The notes beneath the pieces were generated by a model. The model was not told the origin of the DNA. It worked only from the letters and a program-made list of their open reading frames with translations, and searched no databases. A stretch of DNA of 24,000 nucleotides from Patescibacteria group bacterium (GTDB lineage Bacteria > Patescibacteriota > Minisyncoccia > UBA6257 > UBA9933). Location of the stretch: NCBI GenBank assembly GCA_031432155.1, contig JASJPP010000028.1:1-24000 (forward strand). The letters run 5' to 3'. Position numbers and translations under genes: made by a program. This document shows, piece after piece, positions 11,728-20,541 of this stretch; the first letter of the stretch is position 1; each line of letters opens with the position of its first letter.

Positions 11728-12804
11728 ATGTTTGATTTTTTAAGCTCAATTTTTAGCCCGCGATCTTATTTGGGCGTTGACATTGGAACGACTTCCATAA
11801 AAATCGTTGAAATAGAAAAAGGGCGGGGAAAACCCGAACTTAAAAATTACGGCATTTTGGAAAGCCATGGCCATCTTGAGCGCGTTAACGACGCCATTTA
11901 TACCAGCAGTTTGAAAATGGCCGATAAAGAAACCGCCGAATTGTTAAAAATTATTTTATCCAGTTCAAAATTTAAGACCAAAAACGCCGTTGCCTCAATT
12001 CCGTCTTTTTCGTCCTTCATCACTTTTATGGAAATACCGCAGATGCCGGCGGCGGATACGGCCAAAGCTCTGCAGTTTCAAATTCGGCAGTACATTCCCT
12101 TGCCTTCATCGGATGTGGCGATTGATTGGTTGAAAATCGGCGAAAAAGAAGATCAGCGGGGATTTATCAGACAGCAGATTATTTTAATCGCCGTGCCCAA
12201 CGAGCAACTTTTTAAATATCGGGAAATTTTCAAACTGGCCGGTTTGCGGCTGATGGCTTTGGAAGTGGAAAGTTTGAGTCTTGTAAGGTCTCTGGTGGCC
12301 GGCGACCAGACTCCGACATTGCTTGTTGACATCGGCGGCCGCTCGACAAGCATCATGATTGTTGACAAGGGAACGTTAAGACACGGCAGTCACACCGACT
12401 TCGCCGGCGCTTCGCTTACCCAGGCCATCGCCAACGGCTTGCAAATAAACGTCAGAAGAGCAGAGGATTTAAAAAGAAGAAAGGGACTTGTCGCCAAAGG
12501 CGGGGAATATGAGTTATCCACACTTACTTCTTTTTATTTGGATGCTATAATAAACGAAGTTAAAAGAGCAAAAGAAATCGCCGAAAATAATCAGGAAATT
12601 AAATTGGAGCGGATAATTTTGGCCGGCGGAGGAGCGAATTTGCCGGGCATCGGCCAGTATTTTGAAAGCCAGATCGGCTTGCCGACGGTAATCGGAAATT
12701 CGTTTTTAACGCTGAAATATCCGGATCAAATTGAGCCGATCGCCAAAGAATTGGGCTCAACGCTCGGCGTGGCGATAGGGTTAGGAATCAGAGAGTTTGT
12801 TTAA
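11728..12804 (+). CDS. pilM: Type IV pilus assembly protein PilM (actin-like ATPase fold)
   Basis: YLGVDIGTTSIKIVEIEKG is the phosphate-1 motif. VDIGGRSTSI and ILAGGGANLPG are also present. The gene sits at the head of the pilN/O-like genes. ATG at 11728 is preferred over TTG at 11695. Confidence 0.85.
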   Translation: MFDFLSSIFSPRSYLGVDIGTTSIKIVEIEKGRGKPELKNYGILESHGHLERVNDAIYTSSLKMADKETAELLKIILSSSKFKTKNAVASIPSFSSFITFMEIPQMPAADTAKALQFQIRQYIPLPSSDVAIDWLKIGEKEDQRGFIRQQIILIAVPNEQLFKYREIFKLAGLRLMALEVESLSLVRSLVAGDQTPTLLVDIGGRSTSIMIVDKGTLRHGSHTDFAGASLTQAIANGLQINVRRAEDLKRRKGLVAKGGEYELSTLTSFYLDAIINEVKRAKEIAENNQEIKLERIILAGGGANLPGIGQYFESQIGLPTVIGNSFLTLKYPDQIEPIAKELGSTLGVAIGLGIREFV

Positions 12805-12805
12805 T

Positions 12806-13360
12806 ATGCCTCAATACAATTCCCGTTCAGTTTTGGAAAAAGAATTAATCAAAGGAGAACGTTTGCCGGTCGGCTGGCCATGGCGGCTTTTGACTTTTAT
12901 GGCGATTGTTTTTTTGACGGCTATTTTGATTTATGCCGGAATCGCTTTCGGTTATTCGGCCTATCTTGAATCGCAGATAAAAAACCTCGACGAAAAAATC
13001 GCCGAATTTAACAGGGCGATTGATCGGGAAACCCAAACGAAATTAGCCGCTTTTTATTCGCAATTCGCCAATATCCAAAAATTGCTTGATTCTCACGTTA
13101 ACGGCTCGAAAATTTTCGAGTTTTTGCAAAAAAACACCCATCAAAAGGTTTATTACGCGAACATGAATTTATCGCTGAAAGAAAAAAACATCCGGCTTGA
13201 CGGAGTGGCCGCCGATTACAACGTTTTGGCCCAGCAGATGGAAATTCTCCGCCGGGCGCCGGAAGTCCAAAATGTTTCTTTGACCGGGTCGCAAAAAAAA
13301 GACAATGAAATTACTTTTTCCGTTTCAATTATTTTAAAGCCGGAATTGTTTAAATTTTGA
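12806..13360 (+). CDS. pilN: PilN-like pilus assembly protein
   Basis: It has a short cytoplasmic N-terminus, a single TM segment (LLTFMAIVFLTAILIYAGIAF), a coiled-coil segment and a C-terminal domain. Its position is immediately after pilM. The call rests on topology and synteny only. Confidence 0.6.
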   Translation: MPQYNSRSVLEKELIKGERLPVGWPWRLLTFMAIVFLTAILIYAGIAFGYSAYLESQIKNLDEKIAEFNRAIDRETQTKLAAFYSQFANIQKLLDSHVNGSKIFEFLQKNTHQKVYYANMNLSLKEKNIRLDGVAADYNVLAQQMEILRRAPEVQNVSLTGSQKKDNEITFSVSIILKPELFKF

Positions 13361-13366
13361 TTATTT

Positions 13367-13945
13367 ATGAAAGCCTCTTCAAAAAGAACTTTAAGCATTC
13401 TCTTGAGCATCTTTTTATTCATCGGGTCATTGGCGATTTACAGTTATTTAATCGGTCCGGCTTACGAGAAAACAAAAACGCAAAAAAGCGAAATCGCTTC
13501 GCGCGCGGAAACGGTCAGGCAATACGAGGAAATCATCAATCGGATAAAAAATCTTTTGGAACAATACGAAAACGCCGCGCAGATGCAGGAAACCATGTCG
13601 GTTATTCTGCCGACCGATCAAAACGTCGCCGAATCAATCAATCAGATCAACGGCCTGGCTTATTTCAATAATTTGTCCATGGATCGCTTATCGGTCCGGC
13701 AGATGGCGATCGCGCCTTCAGCCGATAAATCCAAACTTATCAAGGGAATCGGGACGTTGAGAATCAATATCCGTTTTAACGGCGATTATGCCGCGATAAA
13801 ATCGTTTCTTCAAAATATGGAAACCAACTTGAATTTGATGGATTTGGTAAGCTTAAGAGCCGAACCGATCGCCGCCGGCGCCAGAGGAAGCAATTTTTTC
13901 GATTATGTCGCGGAAATAGACACTTATTATCAAGCGGAACAATAA
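13367..13945 (+). CDS. pilO: PilO-like pilus assembly protein
   Basis: It has an N-terminal TM segment (LSILLSIFLFIGSLAIYSYLI) followed by a coiled coil. The call rests on position and topology. Confidence 0.55.
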   Translation: MKASSKRTLSILLSIFLFIGSLAIYSYLIGPAYEKTKTQKSEIASRAETVRQYEEIINRIKNLLEQYENAAQMQETMSVILPTDQNVAESINQINGLAYFNNLSMDRLSVRQMAIAPSADKSKLIKGIGTLRINIRFNGDYAAIKSFLQNMETNLNLMDLVSLRAEPIAAGARGSNFFDYVAEIDTYYQAEQ

Positions 13946-13949
13946 AAAT

Positions 13950-14243
13950 ATGGCCATCATCATTGAAGAAGAAAAAAGAAAAATTAATTGGTTTGCCGCT
14001 TTTGTCATTATTTTGGTTTTAGCGATACTTTTTATTTCGGCTTATTATTTGTTTTTCAGCGGCGAACCGCTTATCGAAAAAGTCATTCCTTTGCAGCCGG
14101 AACTTCAATCATTGAATCAGCTTTCCAGCGTTAAATTCGATCCTGCTTTGATAGCCGACAATAATCTTTTCCAATTGCTTAAAAAATACGTCAATCCCAT
14201 TGAGATCGGACCGACCGGCAAAGATAATCCTTTTTTGAGATAA
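13950..14243 (+). CDS. Small single-pass membrane protein in the PilP position
   Basis: It has a TM segment (WFAAFVIILVLAILFISAYYLFF) and a C-terminal GKDNPF motif. It is tightly packed between the pilO-like gene and pilB. Confidence 0.45.
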   Translation: MAIIIEEEKRKINWFAAFVIILVLAILFISAYYLFFSGEPLIEKVIPLQPELQSLNQLSSVKFDPALIADNNLFQLLKKYVNPIEIGPTGKDNPFLR

Positions 14244-14247
14244 AAAC

Positions 14248-15996
14248 ATGGAAAATAAGGCGCTTTTACAAGAGCTCGTTAAAGGCGGATTTTTTAACGA
14301 TGAATCGTCGAGAAAAGTTCTTCAGGAAGCTTCGATCGCTCAGCGAAGCGTTGAGGACTTGATTTATGAAAGGCGCTTGGTTGACGAAGAAACGCTGGCT
14401 AACGTCAAAAGCCGGCTTTTAAATATTCCGTATAAAAAAATCAAAGCCGACGAAATTTCCGATGAACTGCTCAAAGCCGTTCCGGAAGAAACAGTCAGAA
14501 ATTACAAAGTGATTCCCATTGAGCGGTCCGACGATATGCTTGTCGTCGGCATGGTCAACCCCGACGATATCAGGGCGCGGGAAGCTTTGAAATTCGTCGC
14601 CAAACAGCTAAAGGCGAACGTCGGCGTTTATTTGATTGCGCCTTCGCTTTGGGAAGCGGTTTTAAGGCGTTATTCGCCGTACCGGAACGTAATCAACGAG
14701 GCCGTTCAATTATTGCATGTTCAAACCGGCAAAAGAGCGTTTGGCGCCGGTCAAATCATTCAACTGGAAGCGGGAGCGAACGTTTCCGAAGAAGCGCCGA
14801 TTATCAGGATTGTTGCTTCCACCTTAAAAGAAGCGGTTTGGCAGAAAGCGTCCGACATTCACATTGAGCCGCAGAGAAATCGTTTAAGAATCAGGTTTCG
14901 GGTTGACGGCGAACTTCAGGAAGTTTCTTCAATGCCTATAGAGCTTCATCAGCCGATTGTTTCCCGCGTGAAAGTTCTTTCTAATTTAAAAATTGACGAA
15001 ACAAGAATTCCGCAGGACGGCCGGTTCAGGACCGTTCTTTTCGGCCGAGATATTGATTATCGCGTGGCGACTTTTCCGACTCCGGTCGGAGAAAAAGCGG
15101 CTATCAGGGTTTTGGATCCTCTGGTCGGCTTAAAAGGCCTGGAAGAGCTTGGGTTGATGGGCAGAAATCTCAGGGTGATTAAAAACAGCATTGAAAAACC
15201 TTACGGAATGATTCTTATTACCGGGCCGACCGGTTCCGGGAAAACCACCACTTTATACGCCGTTATGCAGATTTTAAACCAGGAAGACGTCAATATCGTC
15301 AGCTTGGAAGATCCAGTTGAATATTTTATGGACGGGCTGAATCAGTCGCAGGTGAGGCCGGAAATCGGATATGATTTCGCTTCGGGCTTGCGCCAGATTC
15401 TTCGGCAGGACCCGGATATCATCATGGTCGGTGAAATCAGAGACAACGAAACAGCCGGCTTGGCGGTTCACGCCGCTCTTACCGGCCATATTGTTTTGTC
15501 CACGCTTCACACCAATAATTCCATCGGGGTTATTCCGCGGCTTATCGATATGAAAGTCGAGCCGTTTCTTTTGCCGGCTTCTTTGAATTTGATGCTGGCT
15601 CAAAGATTGGTTTCTAGGCTTTGTTCGGAATGCCGGCAATCAAAAACCGCGTCGCCTGAAATTGAAGCAATCATTAAAAAAGAATTGGCGAAAATGTCCA
15701 AAGAAAATTTAAAAGAATCGGAGATTAAGAATCTTGACGGGCCGTACGAAATTTTTCATTCAGTCGGTTGTAAAAGCTGTAAAAATAAAGGAGTGGTGGG
15801 CCGCCTCGCCTTGTTTGAAATTTTTGAAATGACGACGGAGCTGGAAAGGATTATTTCCGAAGGGCCGACCGAACATAAAATTTTAGAAGAGGCGAACCGG
15901 CAGGGAATGATTACCTTGCGTCAGGACGGCGTTTTAAAATCTTTAAAAGGATTGGTTTCCGTTGAAGAAGTATTGAAAGAAACAATGGAAGTATGA
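14248..15996 (+). CDS. pilB: Type IV pilus extension ATPase (GspE/PilB family)
   Basis: An N-terminal GSPII-type domain is present. Walker A is GPTGSGKTTT. Also present are the Asp box, Walker B (DPDIIMVGEIRD), the His box (TGHIVLSTLHTN) and a tetracysteine motif (CSEC...CKSC). Confidence 0.92.
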   Translation: MENKALLQELVKGGFFNDESSRKVLQEASIAQRSVEDLIYERRLVDEETLANVKSRLLNIPYKKIKADEISDELLKAVPEETVRNYKVIPIERSDDMLVVGMVNPDDIRAREALKFVAKQLKANVGVYLIAPSLWEAVLRRYSPYRNVINEAVQLLHVQTGKRAFGAGQIIQLEAGANVSEEAPIIRIVASTLKEAVWQKASDIHIEPQRNRLRIRFRVDGELQEVSSMPIELHQPIVSRVKVLSNLKIDETRIPQDGRFRTVLFGRDIDYRVATFPTPVGEKAAIRVLDPLVGLKGLEELGLMGRNLRVIKNSIEKPYGMILITGPTGSGKTTTLYAVMQILNQEDVNIVSLEDPVEYFMDGLNQSQVRPEIGYDFASGLRQILRQDPDIIMVGEIRDNETAGLAVHAALTGHIVLSTLHTNNSIGVIPRLIDMKVEPFLLPASLNLMLAQRLVSRLCSECRQSKTASPEIEAIIKKELAKMSKENLKESEIKNLDGPYEIFHSVGCKSCKNKGVVGRLALFEIFEMTTELERIISEGPTEHKILEEANRQGMITLRQDGVLKSLKGLVSVEEVLKETMEV

Positions 15997-16011
15997 TAAA
16001 ATTTTCATAAT

Positions 16012-17085
16012 ATGATTAATTACAAACAAAAGCTTGAAGAATTGATGCTGGCAACGGCCCAGCAAAACGCTTCCGATCTTCATTTGGCGGTGGGTCGTTA
16101 TCCGACCTTAAGAATTGACGGCGCTCTGATTCCGCTTAATAAAGAGCAGATATTAACGCCGGAAACCGCGCGCAATTTAATAATGGAATTGCTGACCCCG
16201 GCGCAAAAAGAGATTTTTTTGGCCGAAAAAGAAATCGACTTTTCTTACAGTTTAGGGGAAAAAGCCCGGTTTCGGGTCAATATTTTCCAGCAAAAAGGTT
16301 ATGTGGCGGCGGCTCTGCGTTCCATTCACGCCAAGGTAAAAACAATGGAAGAATTGAATTTGCCGCCGATTCTCCATGATTTTGCCAGGCTTTCGCAGGG
16401 ATTTATTTTGATAGTGGGGCCGGCCGGTCATGGCAAGTCAACGACTTTGGCGGCTATCTTGGACGAAGTTAATCGTAAACGGACGGAACACATCATTACC
16501 ATAGAAGACCCGGTTGAATATATTTTTACTCAGGACAAATCAATCGTTTCCCAGCGGGAGGTAAAAAGCGACACCGTTGATTTTCATAACGCTTTGCGTT
16601 CGCTTTTGCGTCAGGATCCGGACGTCGTTATGATCGGCGAGATGCGCGACATCGAATCAATGGCAACGGCGATGACGGCGGCTGAAACCGGCCATTTGGT
16701 TTTTTCCACTCTTCATACCAATTCGGCGGCTCAGACCATTGACAGGATCATTGACAGTTTTCCGGCGGAACAGCAAGGGCAGATTTCTTCCCAATTGGCC
16801 GCCACATTGGTCGCCATTATTTCCGAGCGCTTGATTCCGAGAATAGACGGCGGCCGCGTGCCGGCTTGCGAGATAATGCTTTCCAACGCGGCCGTCCGCA
16901 ATCTTATCAGGGAGAGAAAAAGCTATCAGATTGATTTGGTGATTGAAACCAATTTTCAGGACGGAATGATGACGCTCAACCGCGCTTTGATCGATTTGGC
17001 CAGAAGAGGCGAAATTTCCATGGAAAACGCCGAAATGTATTCTCTGAATCCGGGCGAACTGAGGATATTGCTGGAAAAATCATAA
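16012..17085 (+). CDS. pilT: Type IV pilus retraction ATPase (twitching motility protein)
   Basis: ASDLHL is present. Walker A is GPAGHGKSTT. Also present are DPDVVMIGEMRD and TGHLVFSTLHTN. The ~357 aa length is typical of PilT. Confidence 0.92.
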   Translation: MINYKQKLEELMLATAQQNASDLHLAVGRYPTLRIDGALIPLNKEQILTPETARNLIMELLTPAQKEIFLAEKEIDFSYSLGEKARFRVNIFQQKGYVAAALRSIHAKVKTMEELNLPPILHDFARLSQGFILIVGPAGHGKSTTLAAILDEVNRKRTEHIITIEDPVEYIFTQDKSIVSQREVKSDTVDFHNALRSLLRQDPDVVMIGEMRDIESMATAMTAAETGHLVFSTLHTNSAAQTIDRIIDSFPAEQQGQISSQLAATLVAIISERLIPRIDGGRVPACEIMLSNAAVRNLIRERKSYQIDLVIETNFQDGMMTLNRALIDLARRGEISMENAEMYSLNPGELRILLEKS

Positions 17086-17089
17086 TTCA

Positions 17090-18298
17090 ATGAAGTTTAA
17101 ATACAACGCCAGAACCCAAGAAGGCGAATTGCAAATCGGTTTCGTGGAATCGGTCAACCGCGAGGCGGCTGTCAACGTTTTGACCGGCCACAATCTTTTT
17201 ATTCTTTCTTTGAGCGAAGCGGAAAAAGCCGGCTGGGGAGACAAAATTTTCAGTCTTTTCAACAAAGTAAAAATGGTTGATTTAATGATTTTTACCCGCC
17301 AGTTCGCGACTCTTCTGGAATCCAAGGTGCCGCTGGGGGATTGTTTGCGCGCTCTTCGCAAACAAACCAGAAACCCGATTTTAAAAGAAATCGTTTTTGA
17401 AATTTCCAACGACGTTGACGCCGGTTTATCTTTGTCCCAGGCGCTGGAACGCCACGGCAACGTTTTTTCGGAATTTTACATCAGCTTGATTCGGTCGTCT
17501 GAAATCACCGGACGGCTGGAGGAAGCCATGGTTTTTTTGGCCGATTATATTGATAAAGAATTGATGTGGCGGACGCGCATCAGAAACGCCATGATTTACC
17601 CGAGTATTTTAATCGGTTTGTTCGTTATTGTGGCCGGGTTGATGATCGTGATTGTTTTTCCCCAGATCGCCCCGATTTTTAAGGAAGCCAAAGTTGAATT
17701 GCCTTTTATCACCAGAATTCTTCTGGCTGGCGGCGAGTTCGTCGGCCGGTGGTGGTGGGCCATCATAACGGTTATTTTTCTTTTTATCGTTCTTTTGGTT
17801 GATTATTTCCGGAGCAAAGAGGGAAAAATAGTGTTTGACGAAATTTCGATTAAGCTTCCGATTCTGGGCAATCTTTTCAAGAAAGTTTATATTGCGAGAT
17901 TCGCCGAATCAATAAGCGTTTTGATAAAAGGCGGCATTCCGATTACCCAGTCAATTGAAATCACGGCCCATTCCGTCGGCAGTATCGTGTATCGCGACGT
18001 TCTTCACGATTGCGCCGAACGGGTGAAAGCCGGCGAAACTTTTTCGTCAATCATAGAAAAAGAAGAGGGTCTTTTCCCTCCCTTGGTAAGTCAGATGATA
18101 GCGATTGGCGAAGGAACCGGGCGTTTGGACGAAATCCTGTCGCGAATTTCAATTTTATACACCCGCGAAGTTAATGATTTGCTTGCCAATCTGACGGAGC
18201 TTATCCAGCCCTTGCTTATCGCCTTGATCGGCGTTTTCGTCGGTTTGCTGTTTGCTTCAATTTTAATTCCGATATATAATTTAGTACAAGCATTTTAA
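17090..18298 (+). CDS. pilC: Type IV pilus platform protein (GspF/PilC family)
   Basis: It has two GspF-type repeats with three TM segments, and motifs such as FTRQFATLLESKVPL and MIAIGEGTGRLDE. Confidence 0.9.
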   Translation: MKFKYNARTQEGELQIGFVESVNREAAVNVLTGHNLFILSLSEAEKAGWGDKIFSLFNKVKMVDLMIFTRQFATLLESKVPLGDCLRALRKQTRNPILKEIVFEISNDVDAGLSLSQALERHGNVFSEFYISLIRSSEITGRLEEAMVFLADYIDKELMWRTRIRNAMIYPSILIGLFVIVAGLMIVIVFPQIAPIFKEAKVELPFITRILLAGGEFVGRWWWAIITVIFLFIVLLVDYFRSKEGKIVFDEISIKLPILGNLFKKVYIARFAESISVLIKGGIPITQSIEITAHSVGSIVYRDVLHDCAERVKAGETFSSIIEKEEGLFPPLVSQMIAIGEGTGRLDEILSRISILYTREVNDLLANLTELIQPLLIALIGVFVGLLFASILIPIYNLVQAF

Positions 18299-18331
18299 AG
18301 AAAAGGTCGAAAAAAAATATTAAAATTACTG

Positions 18332-18826
18332 ATGAAAAAAGGTTTTACGTTAATTGAAATATTGATCGTGGTTGCCATTATCGCAATTTTGGCTTCAATC
18401 GTATTGGTCGGTTTGACGGGCGCGAGAGCCAAGGCCCGCGACGCCAAAAGAATTTCCGACGTTACTTCGGTTCAAAACGTTTTGGAGCTTTATTACACGC
18501 GTTGCGGTTTTTATCCGGGGCAGGTGAACTGCGGTGAAGCCGCTAATCCGGCCAACTGGGTTGATTTGTCGGCTGCCTTAACCGGCAGCGGTTTGGGGGT
18601 TACGGGAATTCCCGAGGAACAAATTACCGGCCACCAGGATTATAGTTATTCGGTTGACACTAACGCGTCAACCAACAGACAGGGATATGTGTTAAGCGTT
18701 CAATTGGAAGGCGATAATCAGGTTTTGAGAAATCCCGAAGAAGTTGACGCTTCTTCTTTTCCGGCCGGTTTCACTCCGGTTTTAAGCTGTGATGACGCGG
18801 CTTTCAATTATTGCGTCAGGTATTAA
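18332..18826 (+). CDS. Type IV pilin (likely major pilin)
   Basis: The class III signal is MKKGFTLIEILIVVAIIAILASIVL (G|FTLIE with Glu5). The C-terminal Cys pair (SCDDAAFNYC) forms a D-region-like disulfide. Confidence 0.85.
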   Translation: MKKGFTLIEILIVVAIIAILASIVLVGLTGARAKARDAKRISDVTSVQNVLELYYTRCGFYPGQVNCGEAANPANWVDLSAALTGSGLGVTGIPEEQITGHQDYSYSVDTNASTNRQGYVLSVQLEGDNQVLRNPEEVDASSFPAGFTPVLSCDDAAFNYCVRY

Positions 18827-18835
18827 TTTTAGGTT

Positions 18836-19777
18836 ATGACGTTTTTTACTTGCGCCGTTTTATTTGTTTTCGGTTTGGCGGTCGGAAGTTTTTTGAACGT
18901 CATCGGTCTTCGTTATCAGGAAAGGGAGCGGTTATTATCCGAGAAAACAACGGGTGGCCGCTCCTTTTGCGTTTTCTGCCGCCGGCAATTGAGGTGGTTT
19001 GAATTGATTCCGCTTTTAAGTTTTTTGATTCAACGCGGAAAATGCAACGGTTGCGGCAAAAAAATTTCCCGGCAATATCCGTTTGTTGAATTGTTGAGCG
19101 GACTGATTTTTGTTTTCGTCCCTTATTATTTAATTAATTTTCAATTTTCAATTTATAATTTTCAGTCAATTTTTCAATTTTTTAATTATCAATTATTAAT
19201 TATTGCTGTCTGGATTTTAATTTTCTTGCTCCTTCTTTTGCTTTCAATAATTGATTTCCGGCTTTTCATTATTCCTGATTCCATAAATTTAGCTTTGGCG
19301 ATTTTGGGATTTGCCTTAATCCTATTTTCAATATTTTTGACGTCCGACGTCCAAAGATTAAATAATTTTTCTTTTTTAGGGCATTACGCTTTATTGTTTG
19401 ATTTTAATTTTCTTAATAACTCAATAAGTAATAACTTAATAACCATAGCCGTCAATCGTTTGTTCGCCGCTTTCGTCGGTACGGCGTTTTTCGGAGCGAT
19501 TATTCTTTTGAGCCGCGGCCGGGCGATGGGAATGGGGGATTTTAAGCTGATCGCCGGCCTGGGTTTGATTTTCGGCTGGCCGGATATTCTGATGATCGCC
19601 GCTTTTTCTTTTATCATCGGCGCGGTTTTCAGCGTTCCTTTTCTGATAAAAGGCGTCAAAACCATGAAAGACGCGGTTCCTTTCGGGCCTTTTATCGTCA
19701 GCGGAGCGGTCTTGAATTTTTTCTTTGGTTATCAAATTATAGAGAGTTATTTCAAATTGTTCGGGGCAGTTTATTAA
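18836..19777 (+). CDS. pilD: Prepilin peptidase / N-methyltransferase (A24 family)
   Basis: The N-terminal Cys motifs are CVFCRRQL...CNGCGKKIS. YPFVELL and the catalytic-region GMGDFKL are present, and the protein is polytopic. Confidence 0.88.
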   Translation: MTFFTCAVLFVFGLAVGSFLNVIGLRYQERERLLSEKTTGGRSFCVFCRRQLRWFELIPLLSFLIQRGKCNGCGKKISRQYPFVELLSGLIFVFVPYYLINFQFSIYNFQSIFQFFNYQLLIIAVWILIFLLLLLLSIIDFRLFIIPDSINLALAILGFALILFSIFLTSDVQRLNNFSFLGHYALLFDFNFLNNSISNNLITIAVNRLFAAFVGTAFFGAIILLSRGRAMGMGDFKLIAGLGLIFGWPDILMIAAFSFIIGAVFSVPFLIKGVKTMKDAVPFGPFIVSGAVLNFFFGYQIIESYFKLFGAVY

Positions 19778-19899
19778 CATTGTAAATAAGGTTCTGATTT
19801 TTTATAATTTATATGCAAGAAGATGAAGCGTTATTTATAATATTTGCTTTATAAAGGTCGCCGTACAATAACGTAAAAATCAAATAAATAATAAAAACA

Positions 19900-20517
19900 A
19901 TGAACAAAGGATTTACCATTATTGAATTATTGGTGATAATCGCGATTTTAATGACGATGACGGGTTTTTTGGTTATTTATAATCGCGCCGGCGAAAGACA
20001 AATAATTATTTTTCAGGAACAGGCGAAGGTGATTAACGCCATCAGCCGGGCAAGATCGTTGAGTGTCGCCACCTTCGGCAAGGCGAGCGCGCCTTGCGGT
20101 TACGGCGTTCATTTTGACGCGCCGCGGACAGTTACTATTTTCAAGGATTTGGCGGCTGATTGCGGAAGCGCCGACAAAAAATATACACCTTCCAATCCTG
20201 AAGAAAAAGTTGAACAATTTTATCTGGATTCAAAAGTTTCGCTTGACTTGGGCTTGACCGATGTTTTGTTTATTCCTCCGGATCCGATAGTAATAATCAC
20301 CCCCAATCCGGAAGCGGCGGTTTTAAACATTAAAGAAGAAGGCGGAACAGGCATGGCTTCGATTAAAATCAACAAATCGGGCCATATCGGCACAGAGCCT
20401 GAAACTGTTTATAATCCGGTTGGCGAGGGCGGTAAAGGCGGTTACGAAGAAGAAGGCGGTAAAGGCGGTCATGAAGAAGAAGAAGGAGGAATGATGCCAA
20501 CGCCGTATGCTCAATAA
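19900..20517 (+). CDS. Minor pilin-like protein (GspH/FimT-like N-terminus) with acidic Gly/Glu repeat tail
   Basis: The prepilin signal is MNKGFTIIELLVIIAIL. The C-terminus reads GEGGKGGYEEEGGKGGHEEEEGG. Confidence 0.7.
   Translation: MNKGFTIIELLVIIAILMTMTGFLVIYNRAGERQIIIFQEQAKVINAISRARSLSVATFGKASAPCGYGVHFDAPRTVTIFKDLAADCGSADKKYTPSNPEEKVEQFYLDSKVSLDLGLTDVLFIPPDPIVIITPNPEAAVLNIKEEGGTGMASIKINKSGHIGTEPETVYNPVGEGGKGGYEEEGGKGGHEEEEGGMMPTPYAQ
20428..20481 (+). repeat. Tandem 27-bp direct repeat (2 copies, two mismatches in the TAC/CAT codon)
   Basis: GGCGGTAAAGGCGGTTACGAAGAAGAA is followed by GGCGGTAAAGGCGGTCATGAAGAAGAA. It is in frame and encodes GGKGG(Y/H)EEE. Confidence 0.8.
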
Positions 20518-20541
20518 AGTTCGGCGATAAATTAAAAATAA

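Noticed and set aside
13357-13671. 104-aa ORF overlapping the pilO-like gene in another frame
   Set aside because: It is Arg/Lys-rich and junk-like. The alternative frame (13367..13945) has the expected TM and coiled-coil topology and tight operon spacing.
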